Positions 33,059 through 43,733 are shown, counted from the stretch's first letter. The stretch: DNA of 64,000 nucleotides from Ignavibacteriota bacterium (GCA_963787835.1 CAWBEI010000002.1:1184001-1248000), one strand, 5' to 3'. Notes: generated from the letters alone by a model not told the origin. Numbers and translations are program-made.

Positions 33059-36046
33059 ATGATGATACGATGGTGCCAAACGGTGCGTACGAGGTTTCGC
33101 CTCGCGCTTATTGCGCTTGCCGTTCTTGTAATAGTTCCGATGCTGCCTGCAACACTCTTCGCGCAGGATCAACATTATTTTGACAGCCTGCACTCTGCGT
33201 ATGCCTTCGCCACGCAAGATACCGAACGGAGCGACCTGCTCCTGAAGCTCGCGACCGCGCTCGCCGATGCCGATACCGCAACGGCGATGAGCTACGCGCT
33301 TCAGTCCTACGATTATGCAAAAAAAGCAGGCGATGACCGCCGCGTAGCGAATGTGGAGTTATTCGAGGCGCATCAGTTCTCCAGCACCGGCCTTTACGAT
33401 AGCGCTCGCGCGAGGCTTTTGCACATTGTTCGGACGGCAGAGTCGCTGAAAGATTCCACCATCCTTGCGCAAGCCTATAGTCAGTTGGGTTGGAACGATC
33501 TTGAGATCGCAAGCTATGACGAAGCGCTGGAATACTTCCAAAATGGCCTCGATATTGTGCAGCGCAAGCAGGATTCTTCCGGGATCGGAAATGCGTACGA
33601 TAATCTCGGCTGCCTCTATCTCGATCAGCAGGAGCCAGAGAATGCGCTTAAGAATCTGCGGCTGGCTTTGGCGTATTCATCGCAAACGCGGGATATCCGG
33701 GCGATCGCGGCGATCTATAATAATATTGGGCTAAGCTACAACGGCCCAATGCATACGCTCTCGTTCGATGCACGGCTCGATAGCGCGCTCTTGTATTTTC
33801 GACACAGTGCGAAATTGTACGAAAGCGTCGATGACCGGAACCAGCTTGCTCGCATTCTCGGAAATGTCGGCAGTGTGTTCGAGAAAAAGGTGCAGATCGA
33901 TAGCGCGCTGTATTACGACCGGCAATCGGTGTATCTTCATGAGTCGCTTGGCCTGAACTCCACGTATGTGGCTCTTGCCTACGAACAGCTTGGGAATCTA
34001 TTTCTGCTGCTCCATCACTCCGATAGCGCATTTCATTATTTGAAGATCGCGCAATCCATCGACGAGGGCATCGGCGCCAAGCGGGGATTGGTCGATCTCT
34101 ATTTTAGCCTCGGTAAGGCGTATGCCTCGACGAACGATTATAAATCGGCATACGAGTATTTCCAAAAAGGCAGTTCGCTTCACGATTCGATCTACAGTGT
34201 GGACAAGAGTCGCATTCTTGCGGATATGGAAGCAAAATATCAAATGAGCAAGAACGAGCGAAAGATCGCCGCGCAAAACGAGCAGATCGCACAGGACCGC
34301 CTCGTCAATTACTCGATCATTGGCATTGTGGTGGTACTATGTCTTGTTGCGTTCGTTTTTTACCGCAATGACCGCAAGCTTCAACGCATCAATAAAGAAT
34401 TAGCCGCCGCAAAAGAACGCGCCGAAGCCAGCGAGCGCCTCGAACATCAGTTCCTTGCCAACATGAGCCACGAGATCCGCACGCCGATGAATGCGGTGCT
34501 CGGTATGACGACACTCCTGCTGGACACTCCGCTCAACCAAAAGCAGCGGGATTATCTCGAAGCCATTCATTCTTCGGCGGATAATCTGCTGGTGGTCATC
34601 AATGATATTCTCGATCTCTCCAAGCTTCAGGCCGGCAAGATGGAGTTTGAGCGCATTCCGTTCCGTCTGCAAGACGTCACGAGTCATGCACTGGAGATCA
34701 TGCGCTTCAAAGCAGAAGCGAAAGGCTTAGTGCTCTCCGAGGATATTTCTGAATCCACGCCGAAGGTGATCCTTGGCGATCCTGCACGGCTTTCGCAGGT
34801 GCTGATGAATCTGCTGAGCAATGCCGTGAAGTTCACGGACACCGGCTCGGTGCGGCTTATCGTAAGCGCGGTTGCTGCCGGGGATCGCAAGATGAACGTT
34901 CGGCTTGCCGTCCGCGATACGGGAATCGGCATTCCCAAAGAGAAGCTGAAATCGGTATTCGATTCTTTTTCCCAGGCCGATGCCGAAACTTCCCGCAAAT
35001 ATGGCGGTACAGGACTTGGGCTGACCATCTCCCGGAATTTCGTGGAACTCCAGGGCGGGCATATCAATGTGACGAGTGAACCAGGCAAAGGATCGGAATT
35101 CTCGATCACGATGCCGTTCGAAGTGGCAAGCGAAACCGTGATCGTTGCGCCAGAGGAAACAGCATCACTCGATGCAGCGTCGCTTCGAGGCATGCGCGTG
35201 CTTCTCGTCGAGGATAACGAGTACAATCAGATCGTGCTCGGCGACACGCTCCACAATATGATTCCGGAAGTGTCCGTGGAGATCGCATCGAACGGACGTG
35301 AAGCGATCACACTCCTGCAAAATTTTGCATTCGATCTCGTCCTCATGGACGTGCAAATGCCCGAGATGGACGGCATCGAAGCGACCAAATACATACGTGC
35401 TCATTTACCGCGTGGCAAGCGGGAGGTGCCCATCATTGCGCTTACTGCCAGCGTGATCAAATCCGAGATCGATCGCGCATTCGCCGCCGGAATGAATGAT
35501 TATGTGCCAAAGCCGTTTAAACAAGACGAATTATTCCGCGTGATAGCTAAATACTTTAAGGGTAGATCGAAACATCCTGCTTCGGCGGACTCGCCGGATA
35601 GCAAATCGACTGTGAACTCCGGATTAGATACCGCTGGCCAGAACGATCAGCTGGCAGCATCGCAGCCGCAGGGTGCCCCGGCATCAACTGCTCCTGCTGC
35701 GGTATCAGCTACTCCGGTCACCGATCTTTCTTCGCTCAAGGAGATCACCGGCGGCAATGACGAACAGCTCAAGAAATACATCCGCATGTTCTTGGATGGC
35801 GTCCCGAGCCAATTAGAATCCGTTGGCGATGCCATCGCCCAGAACGATCTCGATAATGCGCGGCGTAAGATACACGCCATGAAGCCGCACCTGAAATTCA
35901 TGGGAATGAAAACCGCCGCCGGGTTCGCAGAGACGATCGAACAGCTCTGTGCCGACCACAAAGATCCCGCACAGGTCAGCGAGAAATTCGCGCTCGTGCG
36001 CGCCCACTGCGAGCAAGCCATCGGCGAATTGCGTGCGCGGTTGTAA
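33059..36046 (+). CDS. Hybrid histidine kinase (periplasmic TPR, HisKA, HATPase, REC, Hpt)
   Basis: TPR repeats, TM, FLANMSHEIRTPMN, GGTGLGL, LMDVQMPEMDG, IHAMKP. Confidence 0.93.
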   Translation: MMIRWCQTVRTRFRLALIALAVLVIVPMLPATLFAQDQHYFDSLHSAYAFATQDTERSDLLLKLATALADADTATAMSYALQSYDYAKKAGDDRRVANVELFEAHQFSSTGLYDSARARLLHIVRTAESLKDSTILAQAYSQLGWNDLEIASYDEALEYFQNGLDIVQRKQDSSGIGNAYDNLGCLYLDQQEPENALKNLRLALAYSSQTRDIRAIAAIYNNIGLSYNGPMHTLSFDARLDSALLYFRHSAKLYESVDDRNQLARILGNVGSVFEKKVQIDSALYYDRQSVYLHESLGLNSTYVALAYEQLGNLFLLLHHSDSAFHYLKIAQSIDEGIGAKRGLVDLYFSLGKAYASTNDYKSAYEYFQKGSSLHDSIYSVDKSRILADMEAKYQMSKNERKIAAQNEQIAQDRLVNYSIIGIVVVLCLVAFVFYRNDRKLQRINKELAAAKERAEASERLEHQFLANMSHEIRTPMNAVLGMTTLLLDTPLNQKQRDYLEAIHSSADNLLVVINDILDLSKLQAGKMEFERIPFRLQDVTSHALEIMRFKAEAKGLVLSEDISESTPKVILGDPARLSQVLMNLLSNAVKFTDTGSVRLIVSAVAAGDRKMNVRLAVRDTGIGIPKEKLKSVFDSFSQADAETSRKYGGTGLGLTISRNFVELQGGHINVTSEPGKGSEFSITMPFEVASETVIVAPEETASLDAASLRGMRVLLVEDNEYNQIVLGDTLHNMIPEVSVEIASNGREAITLLQNFAFDLVLMDVQMPEMDGIEATKYIRAHLPRGKREVPIIALTASVIKSEIDRAFAAGMNDYVPKPFKQDELFRVIAKYFKGRSKHPASADSPDSKSTVNSGLDTAGQNDQLAASQPQGAPASTAPAAVSATPVTDLSSLKEITGGNDEQLKKYIRMFLDGVPSQLESVGDAIAQNDLDNARRKIHAMKPHLKFMGMKTAAGFAETIEQLCADHKDPAQVSEKFALVRAHCEQAIGELRARL

Positions 36047-36092
36047 TTATTTTTTGCTTTTTCCTCGTTTCTGATTTTATTCTTGTTCGTCT

Positions 36093-37517
36093 ATGCTCAC
36101 ACTTCAATTTCTTGGCGCAGCCGGACAAGTAACCGGCTCGAAATATTTTCTCCGAACGGCAACGCATCGCGGTCTGCTCGTCGATTGCGGGCTGTTCCAG
36201 GGCGGCCACGAACTGCGCCAGATGAACTGGAACCCGCTGCCGATCCAGATCTCGGATATTGCCAATGTTGTGCTTACGCACGCGCACCTGGATCACACCG
36301 GTTACCTGCCAAAGCTTGCAACGAGTGGTTTTGCAGGACAAGTATGGTGTACGCCCGCCACGCTCGATGTCACCCAATATATTCTTCGCGATAGTGCCCA
36401 TATTCAGGAGGAAGATGCGTTGACCGCGAACCGTCGTCATTATTCTCGTCATAAACCGGCGTTGCCGCTCTATTCTTCGGAAGATGCAGCAAAGGCGCTC
36501 GGAATGTTTCATGTGATGGACCGGCACAAAAAGAAAGTGCTGCCCGATGATATTAGCTTCGAGTATTCGAACGCCGGGCATATTCTTGGCTCATGCTCCG
36601 TCCGCTTTGAGAAGCTCTTTGATCCGGAGACCGGAAGTACTTCGCCACGAGAGCCGATTTCTGTTCTATTTTCCGGCGATCTTGGCCGCGAAAATCCTAT
36701 TTATCTCAATCCGCGAGAAGCGCCGCCTGCCGCGGATTTCGTTGTGTGTGAATCGACGTATGGAGATAAATTCCATAATGCGATCGATCCGACGGAAGAA
36801 CTATTTGGCATTGTCAAAGAGGTGCTGGCCTCGAACGCCGTGCTGCTCATTCCAGCCTTTGCGGTCGATCGCGCGCAGGAATTGATCTTCTGTCTCAACA
36901 ATCTAATCGAGACGGGCAGAATTCCCGCGATCCCCACTTACGTCGATAGCCCGATGGCAACATCCGTTACGGCTTTATACGAGAAATACTGCGATGAACA
37001 CCGCATTTCGCCGGAAGAACTACAGTCGCAGGATAAGAACCCACTATCCTTCTCATCGCTGAAGTTCACGCAGACGATCGATGATTCGAAGCGATTGAAC
37101 GATCTGAAAGGTCCGGCGATCATCATCAGTGCCAGCGGCATGGCGACCGGCGGGCGTATCATGCACCATCTTGCCAACCGGCTCAACCGGCCCGATACGA
37201 TCGTGCTCTTCACCGGCTATCAGGCCGAAGAAACGCTGGGCCGCGAACTGATGAATGGCGCAAAGACTGCGATGATCTTTGGCGAAAAAATTCCAGTCGC
37301 GGCAAAAATTCTCACGCTCACCAATTTCAGTGCACACTCCGACCAACGGGAGATCATGGACTGGCTAAAGCAGCTTCCGAAAGCGCCGAAGCGTATTTTC
37401 CTTACACACGGAGAGGATGGCCCGCGTACCGTCCTAAAAGGAGTGATCGAGAAAGAGCTTGGCTGGAATGTGGTGCTGCCAAAACTGAATGATATTGTAG
37501 ATCTGACAACGATGTGA
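36093..37517 (+). CDS. MBL-fold beta-CASP ribonuclease
   Basis: THAHLDH, AGHILG, ESTYG, SASGM, FSAHSD. Confidence 0.9.
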   Translation: MLTLQFLGAAGQVTGSKYFLRTATHRGLLVDCGLFQGGHELRQMNWNPLPIQISDIANVVLTHAHLDHTGYLPKLATSGFAGQVWCTPATLDVTQYILRDSAHIQEEDALTANRRHYSRHKPALPLYSSEDAAKALGMFHVMDRHKKKVLPDDISFEYSNAGHILGSCSVRFEKLFDPETGSTSPREPISVLFSGDLGRENPIYLNPREAPPAADFVVCESTYGDKFHNAIDPTEELFGIVKEVLASNAVLLIPAFAVDRAQELIFCLNNLIETGRIPAIPTYVDSPMATSVTALYEKYCDEHRISPEELQSQDKNPLSFSSLKFTQTIDDSKRLNDLKGPAIIISASGMATGGRIMHHLANRLNRPDTIVLFTGYQAEETLGRELMNGAKTAMIFGEKIPVAAKILTLTNFSAHSDQREIMDWLKQLPKAPKRIFLTHGEDGPRTVLKGVIEKELGWNVVLPKLNDIVDLTTM

Positions 37518-37533
37518 ACGACGATCTTTTTAA

Positions 37534-37957
37534 TGTCATCCTGAGCGAAGCAAATCGTAGCGGAGCGGAGATTTGCGAAGTCGAAGGATCGGTTGTTATG
37601 CTATGAAATCGTATTACGTTTACATTCTAAGAAATCGAACGGCGGTTCTATACATCGGAGTCACAAACGATCTTCAACGACGGCTTTATGAGCATAAGAA
37701 CAGGATGATTGCAGGATTCACTCATCGGTATAATATTGATCGGCTTATCTATTTTGAGACCTTCGACGATGTGAACATCGCGATTCACCGTGAGAAACAG
37801 TTGAAAGGCTGGACTCGCGAAAAAAAGCTTCGACTCATTCAATCCTCAAATCCAAATTTGGAGGAGATCTCTTTTGACTGAAATGGTGGAAATTACACCC
37901 GATTCTTCGACTTCGCAAATCTCCGCTCCGCTGCGATTTGCTTCGCTCAGAATGACA
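37534..37957. mobile_element. Family-A palindrome-flanked GIY-YIG element (putative)
   Basis: 57-nt inverted arms 37534-37590 and 37901-37957 (3 differences) enclose only the nuclease gene. Confidence 0.7.
37603..37881 (+). CDS. Small GIY-YIG nuclease (UPF0213-like)
   Basis: YVYIL..LYIGVTNDLQRRLYEH..AIHREKQLKGW. Confidence 0.92.
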   Translation: MKSYYVYILRNRTAVLYIGVTNDLQRRLYEHKNRMIAGFTHRYNIDRLIYFETFDDVNIAIHREKQLKGWTREKKLRLIQSSNPNLEEISFD

Positions 37958-40858
37958 AAAGTCCTGAAGGTTCTGAGTCTCGGATGTGTTATTTGCTTAT
38001 TGTTAAATTTAGTCTGTCCGTCTGCCCCTCGCGCGCAACTTCTTGGCATCACCGGAGCAAATCATCCGGAACTGCACTGGCAGCAAATCGAGACTGAGCA
38101 TTTTGTTCTGATCTATCATCAGGGTCTCGATTCCATCGTTCGCACTGCCGCGCCGATCGCGGAGGAAGTGTATCATGTCGTCACCACGAATCTTCAAACT
38201 CCGCTTTCTGCTAAGATCCGGATCTATTTTTCAGACAACGACGAGGAGCGCAATGCCTTCACCTTTGGGGATGATTATATATTTATTTGGATGCGTGGCA
38301 TTCTCGACGATAATTTATTTTCGCTTCGAGCGAGCGGTACATCGAAATGGCTGCGCTCTGTTATCACGCATGAATTCACACACATCGTTATTGCACTTGC
38401 TACGCATACCTGGGCGGACTACTTTTTCCCTGCAGGAGTGTTACAAGTTCCACGCTGGTTTAACGAAGGCATGGCCCGTTACATGGAACCAGATGGCTGG
38501 ACGAACGATCTGGACATTGCTCTCCGGGTATCCGCCGTTTCGAGCAAGTTGAATCTCGGCCTTGACGATTTTTTGAGTGGAACACTGCTCTATGAAGGAG
38601 GTCAATCACTCGTTCGGTATATTGCCGTAACGTATGGCGATAGCTCGCTCGTCAAAATCCTGAAATATCGTGGGGAATCATCGTTCTCCTATAATTTTGA
38701 AAGAGCTGTTAAGGGTGTTACCAACCACTCTCTCGACGAGATCTACGAAGAGTGGCATAAGGTGCTCAATGTGTATTACAACACACAATTTGGGCAAAAA
38801 GAAGACATTGAGGACATTGCGCGAAAGATTCCGACGCAGCTTGCGATCGTTGGTGCGGCACGGCTTGCGCCCGATGGCAAGCGAATTGCCGTGCTCGGCA
38901 AACGGGCGATCGATGCTCCTGCCAAATTGTATATCCTTGCGAATGATACTGGAACAGATCCAAAACGCCTGACCGAGGAGCCGGGGATCGAGCCATATCT
39001 GAGTTGGTCGCCCGACGGGAAATATCTCCTATTCTCGAAAATTCGGTTTGGTGATCATGGCGATCTTGTGTATGACTTATTCCGGTGTAATGCGGAGTCC
39101 GGCGATCTGGAACGGATCTCGTCGAACGAACGGCTCGAATATCCTGATTGGTCACCGGATGGCAAGACGATTGTCGCAGCGCAGTTCGATCGGTCGGGTT
39201 CCGACCTGGTGCTCCTGAATGCTGATGGAAGCAATTTGCAAAAACTTACAAACTTCAATGATGATAATGTGGAAGTGTATTCTCCACGGTGGTCCCCCGA
39301 TGGCAAGCAGGTCGCATTCAGCATTTTTCGAAAGAATGGAATGCGCGATGTTGCTACTGTTGATATTAATTCAAGAGAAATTCATGACCTGACGAATGAT
39401 TCGATCAACGATCGCTATCCGGTTTGGTCGCCAAAGGGAGATTCGATCGTATTTCTTTCATTTAAGAATGGAATTCCGAATTTGTATTCCATAGGAACCC
39501 GTGGGCACAATGAACCGAGTGGAGAATACGGGAAAGAATTGACCGATGTGGCTTCCAACATATTGGCTTGGGATATTGCCAAAGATTCCATTCTTGTGAC
39601 ATCATTCACGTCGCGAAATTCGGTCGATCTGTTTTGGTTGAATGCCAAGCGGTCTGTTACGTCTGCTCCGAGTGTGCCGCTTGCGAAGAAATACACTGCC
39701 TGGCGAACGGTTCGCTGGCCGCTGGTTACGAGGCCGCCGGATTCGCTTCCACCACTTCGTTTATCCAGCTCGGAGGCCTATCATTCGCTGGCTCACATTA
39801 GCCCGATCTTATTCGCACCGATCATAGGATCGGATATTACACATACCGGCGGAGGAGGGGCACAATGGGGTGGCCTTGGGATCTTCACCGATGCCATGCA
39901 AAAACATCTGTTTGAACCGTTCGCATGGTATGGGGATGCCTCGAACAAACTCTCGTACGGGTTTAGTTATGTGAACGATCAGCTGCTACCATCGATCACG
40001 GTCGGTGCTCAAGATGTGGTTGCGTTCCAGGATGTCATTCAGGATATTGCCTATTATGAGCATACGCAAAGCGCAGATCTTGGGATCGATTTCGCGCTCC
40101 ACACGCCAAACTCGCTTCTCGATCTGCATAACGTCTTTATTGGCGGCCAGTGGGAAAAGTTACAGCCGTGGAACGAAGTGCAATTTAGCGCGGTCGATTC
40201 CAATAAACGCCCGATCGCTGCTACGATGCTCGAGCTTGGGGCCGGATATGAGTATCTGTCTCCGCTGTTTCAAATGGGCGCATTGGGGGAACATGCAGAT
40301 AAAAACCTCGGCAGCGATCTGACGCGCACGCGACTGCGGGGGTTCCTCCATAAGCAATTTGCATTGGATGATAACGATGACCGGCAGCTCGCATTTATCT
40401 TGCATGGCGCAGCGGATTATGGCGATGAGTTACCCCAGGATTTCCTCGGTTTCTATAAATATGATGCGTTCGAGGAAGGATTTAATCTTGCCACCATCCA
40501 CGAGCGCGACCGCCTGCGCGGTATCCGGCAATACTATTATGGGAATCGGTTACTTAGCGGAACAGCAGAGTTGCGTGGCGCCGATGAGGTATTCCGCGCC
40601 TTATTGCCAATACTGAACCCGTTTCATCCTCAACTTGTCGAATTTTTCGATATTGGATCGACCTGGTATGCTAACGCCCCCTCCAATAATCCTAACGTGA
40701 CGATCACGCCGCTCTCCAAGACGCAGTGGCTGAAGACCGCTGGTATCGAGCTTCGCTCGGAAGTTGGCTTCGATGCTGCTATCGAAGGCGGGGTGGGATG
40801 GGAACTGGTGAAGAACTCTTCTGCCGACCTGTTCATCCGTATTACGGACCTTTTTTAG
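37952..40858 (+). CDS. Exported protein: HExxH peptidase-like domain, TolB/PD40 beta-propeller and probable C-terminal beta-barrel
   Basis: THEFTH and VPRWFNEG, repeated WSPDG, terminal Phe; the ATG lies within the palindrome arm. Confidence 0.78.
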   Translation: MTKVLKVLSLGCVICLLLNLVCPSAPRAQLLGITGANHPELHWQQIETEHFVLIYHQGLDSIVRTAAPIAEEVYHVVTTNLQTPLSAKIRIYFSDNDEERNAFTFGDDYIFIWMRGILDDNLFSLRASGTSKWLRSVITHEFTHIVIALATHTWADYFFPAGVLQVPRWFNEGMARYMEPDGWTNDLDIALRVSAVSSKLNLGLDDFLSGTLLYEGGQSLVRYIAVTYGDSSLVKILKYRGESSFSYNFERAVKGVTNHSLDEIYEEWHKVLNVYYNTQFGQKEDIEDIARKIPTQLAIVGAARLAPDGKRIAVLGKRAIDAPAKLYILANDTGTDPKRLTEEPGIEPYLSWSPDGKYLLFSKIRFGDHGDLVYDLFRCNAESGDLERISSNERLEYPDWSPDGKTIVAAQFDRSGSDLVLLNADGSNLQKLTNFNDDNVEVYSPRWSPDGKQVAFSIFRKNGMRDVATVDINSREIHDLTNDSINDRYPVWSPKGDSIVFLSFKNGIPNLYSIGTRGHNEPSGEYGKELTDVASNILAWDIAKDSILVTSFTSRNSVDLFWLNAKRSVTSAPSVPLAKKYTAWRTVRWPLVTRPPDSLPPLRLSSSEAYHSLAHISPILFAPIIGSDITHTGGGGAQWGGLGIFTDAMQKHLFEPFAWYGDASNKLSYGFSYVNDQLLPSITVGAQDVVAFQDVIQDIAYYEHTQSADLGIDFALHTPNSLLDLHNVFIGGQWEKLQPWNEVQFSAVDSNKRPIAATMLELGAGYEYLSPLFQMGALGEHADKNLGSDLTRTRLRGFLHKQFALDDNDDRQLAFILHGAADYGDELPQDFLGFYKYDAFEEGFNLATIHERDRLRGIRQYYYGNRLLSGTAELRGADEVFRALLPILNPFHPQLVEFFDIGSTWYANAPSNNPNVTITPLSKTQWLKTAGIELRSEVGFDAAIEGGVGWELVKNSSADLFIRITDLF

Positions 40859-40917
40859 CCGGAACCCTTGACTTTCGCTCCATAATTTCGTATCTTTGTA
40901 AATAGTTTTGCTCTATT

Positions 40918-41232
40918 ATGGCTCGAACATCTCTCAAAAAGCGGCTGAAGCGAATATTGCGCTCGCCGCGATCGCTGCTCATCACTGGCATCCTGACCGT
41001 TCTAACGACCACCCTGCTCTTTGCAAATAAAGGCTTGTGGCGCCATCTGGAGATCCGTCATCAGGTATCGGATCGCCGTGCCCAGCTTGCCAAACTTCAA
41101 CAGGATGAAGCGAACGTTACCCGCGCGGTTACGTTCCTTAAGCTCGAAGATGCTTCGACCATCGAACGCATTGCTCGCGAACGCTATGGCATGAAACGCC
41201 CCGGTGAGACGATATACACAATTAAGAATTGA
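40918..41232 (+). CDS. ftsB: Septum formation initiator family protein
   Basis: TM, coiled coil, IERIARERYGMKRPGE. Confidence 0.85.
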   Translation: MARTSLKKRLKRILRSPRSLLITGILTVLTTTLLFANKGLWRHLEIRHQVSDRRAQLAKLQQDEANVTRAVTFLKLEDASTIERIARERYGMKRPGETIYTIKN

Positions 41233-41317
41233 GAATTAATAATTAAGAATTTGGGCTCATCGCTCCTGAAGTTTTGCTATTATTCCTAACTATTAATTCT
41301 TAATTCTTACTTATTAA
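41220..41317. repeat. Inverted AAGAATT-type heptamer arrays
   Basis: AATTAAGAATTGAGAATTAATAATTAAGAATT ... ATTAATTCTTAATTCTT; includes the ftsB stop codon. Confidence 0.75.
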
Positions 41318-41323
41318 CTGTCC

Positions 41324-42268
41324 TTGCTTCTCGGAATTGATATTGGCGGTACAACGGTCAAGCTTGGTGTCGTCGATGCCACAAATGGAAGTATTGTAGC
41401 CGAATCCGCCTTCCCAACGCCTCAGACGGGCTCCCGCAGTGTGGCAGTGGAAATCGCCGAGCGGGTTCGCGAAATACGATCGGCATATCCCGAGATCGTG
41501 CGAATGGGAGTTGGAGTTCCGGGTGCAATGAACCAGGATCGATCTCTGGTACGGTATCCTCCCAACTTGATCGGTTGGAAAGAGGAACCGCTGAAAAAAT
41601 ATCTCCAGGAATTACTTCCGGACTTTGAAAGGATCGAAGTAGATAACGATGCAAATGTTGCGGCGCTGGCTGAAGCAAAGCTTGGCGCTGGCCGCGGACT
41701 TTCCCATTTCCTGCTCGTAACGCTCGGAACCGGAATTGGAGGAGCAGTTTATGCAACCGAGGGAACATTTCAAGGAATATATCGCGGCGCTTCCGGCGGT
41801 GCGGGGGAGTTCGGGCATACCTCTATTGATCTGAATGGCCCGAACTGCAATTGCGGCTCACGAGGATGCATAGAAGCCTATCTCGGTCAACACTATCTCT
41901 CGGAACGGACAAAACAGAAGCTTGTCCACGATCCCTCCATTTCGTCCACCTTGTCCAAAGAGTTAGGCGAACTCACTCCAAAGATCATTGCAAATGCAAT
42001 GAATAATGGCGATGCTTTCGCAAAAAGCATATTCGAAGAAGCCGGAATGCTGCTCGGCGTTGCGCTCGCGAATGTGGCCAATCTTCTCGATATGCATACA
42101 TTTATTCTTGGCGGTGGTGTAGCCGATGCGGGGGATGTATTATTTGAATCGGCTCATGCTACACTTCGCTCGCGCGTACTTGCTAATCTTCGTCCTGTAG
42201 TAGAAATTCGGAGGGCTGCATTTGGAAATCGTGCCGGAATGATTGGGGCTGCGCTCTTGGTGGGATAA
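41324..42268 (+). CDS. ROK-family sugar kinase
   Basis: GIDIGGT, DNDAN, LGTGIGG, GEFGH, CNCGSRGCIE. Confidence 0.92.
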   Translation: MLLGIDIGGTTVKLGVVDATNGSIVAESAFPTPQTGSRSVAVEIAERVREIRSAYPEIVRMGVGVPGAMNQDRSLVRYPPNLIGWKEEPLKKYLQELLPDFERIEVDNDANVAALAEAKLGAGRGLSHFLLVTLGTGIGGAVYATEGTFQGIYRGASGGAGEFGHTSIDLNGPNCNCGSRGCIEAYLGQHYLSERTKQKLVHDPSISSTLSKELGELTPKIIANAMNNGDAFAKSIFEEAGMLLGVALANVANLLDMHTFILGGGVADAGDVLFESAHATLRSRVLANLRPVVEIRRAAFGNRAGMIGAALLVG

Positions 42269-42332
42269 TCTGAGCATTGTGCTCGAACTCCGGTTTCGAG
42301 GTATCAGCCGTTTTTCGTTGTATTTTTGTTGT

Positions 42333-43697
42333 ATGAAGTCATGCTTGTTGGTCGTCATTTTTGTTCTTTTATGCGGTAGAGTAGTCGCGCAGGAGGTACA
42401 GGTTCCGTTCGATTCGTCGGGTACGATAACTGTTATCGATCAGGATCTGGAGAAAAAACTGGATCTGTTTCCCAGTTACCCTCATTTTCTGGAAGCCCGA
42501 CTTTATCACGAGCCGGATAGTTCTTATATGCTGGAGATCACTTCATTCGAAAGTGGAAAGCTACTCAAAGATCGCCTTCCGAAAAGCGCGGGTGCCATAC
42601 GATCGCTTCGAGCGGATGTCGATGCACGTATGGGGCCGCAAGCGCCAGTGGCGAAACTGGATCAAAGTTCTCGTTCAAAATTCATTGTCTGGGAAACACT
42701 ACTTTCTGTATTTGCCTACGGCCCACTGGTTACTAGCTCGGTCAATTCAAGCAATAGTAGTGTTGGCGCAGGGCTTGAATTGATCATCGGTGGCTCCGGG
42801 TACCTTCTATCTTCTGTTCTTACACAGAATGCCCCAATGACGGACGGAGATGCATCTCTTGCGCTTGGAGGGGCGTTTCTCGGGCCGATACATGGCATCT
42901 TGTTGGATGATATGCTTTCCAGCGGCAATCCTGGCTCTGAACTTGGGGTCGTAGCTACGCTTGCCGCTGTTGCGGAAACAGGGATCGGATATTCGGTCGC
43001 ATCCGGCAACCACATGACGGAAGGAACGGCCGATATTATTCGGTATGGAGGGTTGTTCGGAATGCTGGATGGTGCGGGTCTTGCCGTTGCGATCAATAAT
43101 GTGCCATCACCGTCGTTATGGACCGGCATGAGTTTGCTCGGTTCTGCCGCCGGATTTGGATTGGGAGCCATTTTGGCAAATCAATCCAACTACTCCAGGG
43201 GAAATGCTTCCACGGTGTTGACCGCTGGTATCTACGGAGCCTATATTCCACTGGCGATCTATTCATCGGCCATATTATACAATACTTCAAACAATCCATC
43301 CACGGGACTCGCATTGATAGGGGTGGCGGGTAATGTTGGCGGTGTTCTACTCGCCAATTCGCTCATGCAGGATCGGTATTTTTCGACGGCTGAAGGTACC
43401 GCTGTTATTCTCGGTACGACAGCCGGGTTTTTGATTGGCAGCGGAGTAGGATATATTATTACATCTTCAAACGGGTTCCAGACCTCAGCGTGGGGTTACA
43501 CCATACCTTCGATTATAGGTACCGTTGCAGGTTTTGCCATAACGATCGGATCTATCGGCAAGGGTAACGGCAACAAAACATCCACCGGATGGAATTTCGA
43601 CGCCAATCCTGGCGCGCTCATGGGTGCCCTTGTACCCAAGCATGAGAGCGGCCCTCCGGTTTCTACGCCGGTTTTTTCTGCAACCTGCAAATTTTAA
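42333..43697 (+). CDS. Gly-rich multi-pass membrane protein of unknown function
   Basis: Signal peptide, soluble N-domain, about ten Gly-rich hydrophobic segments. Confidence 0.7.
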   Translation: MKSCLLVVIFVLLCGRVVAQEVQVPFDSSGTITVIDQDLEKKLDLFPSYPHFLEARLYHEPDSSYMLEITSFESGKLLKDRLPKSAGAIRSLRADVDARMGPQAPVAKLDQSSRSKFIVWETLLSVFAYGPLVTSSVNSSNSSVGAGLELIIGGSGYLLSSVLTQNAPMTDGDASLALGGAFLGPIHGILLDDMLSSGNPGSELGVVATLAAVAETGIGYSVASGNHMTEGTADIIRYGGLFGMLDGAGLAVAINNVPSPSLWTGMSLLGSAAGFGLGAILANQSNYSRGNASTVLTAGIYGAYIPLAIYSSAILYNTSNNPSTGLALIGVAGNVGGVLLANSLMQDRYFSTAEGTAVILGTTAGFLIGSGVGYIITSSNGFQTSAWGYTIPSIIGTVAGFAITIGSIGKGNGNKTSTGWNFDANPGALMGALVPKHESGPPVSTPVFSATCKF

Positions 43698-43733
43698 TAC
43701 TCCTTCATCGTATCTTTGTAAAAAATTGATACG

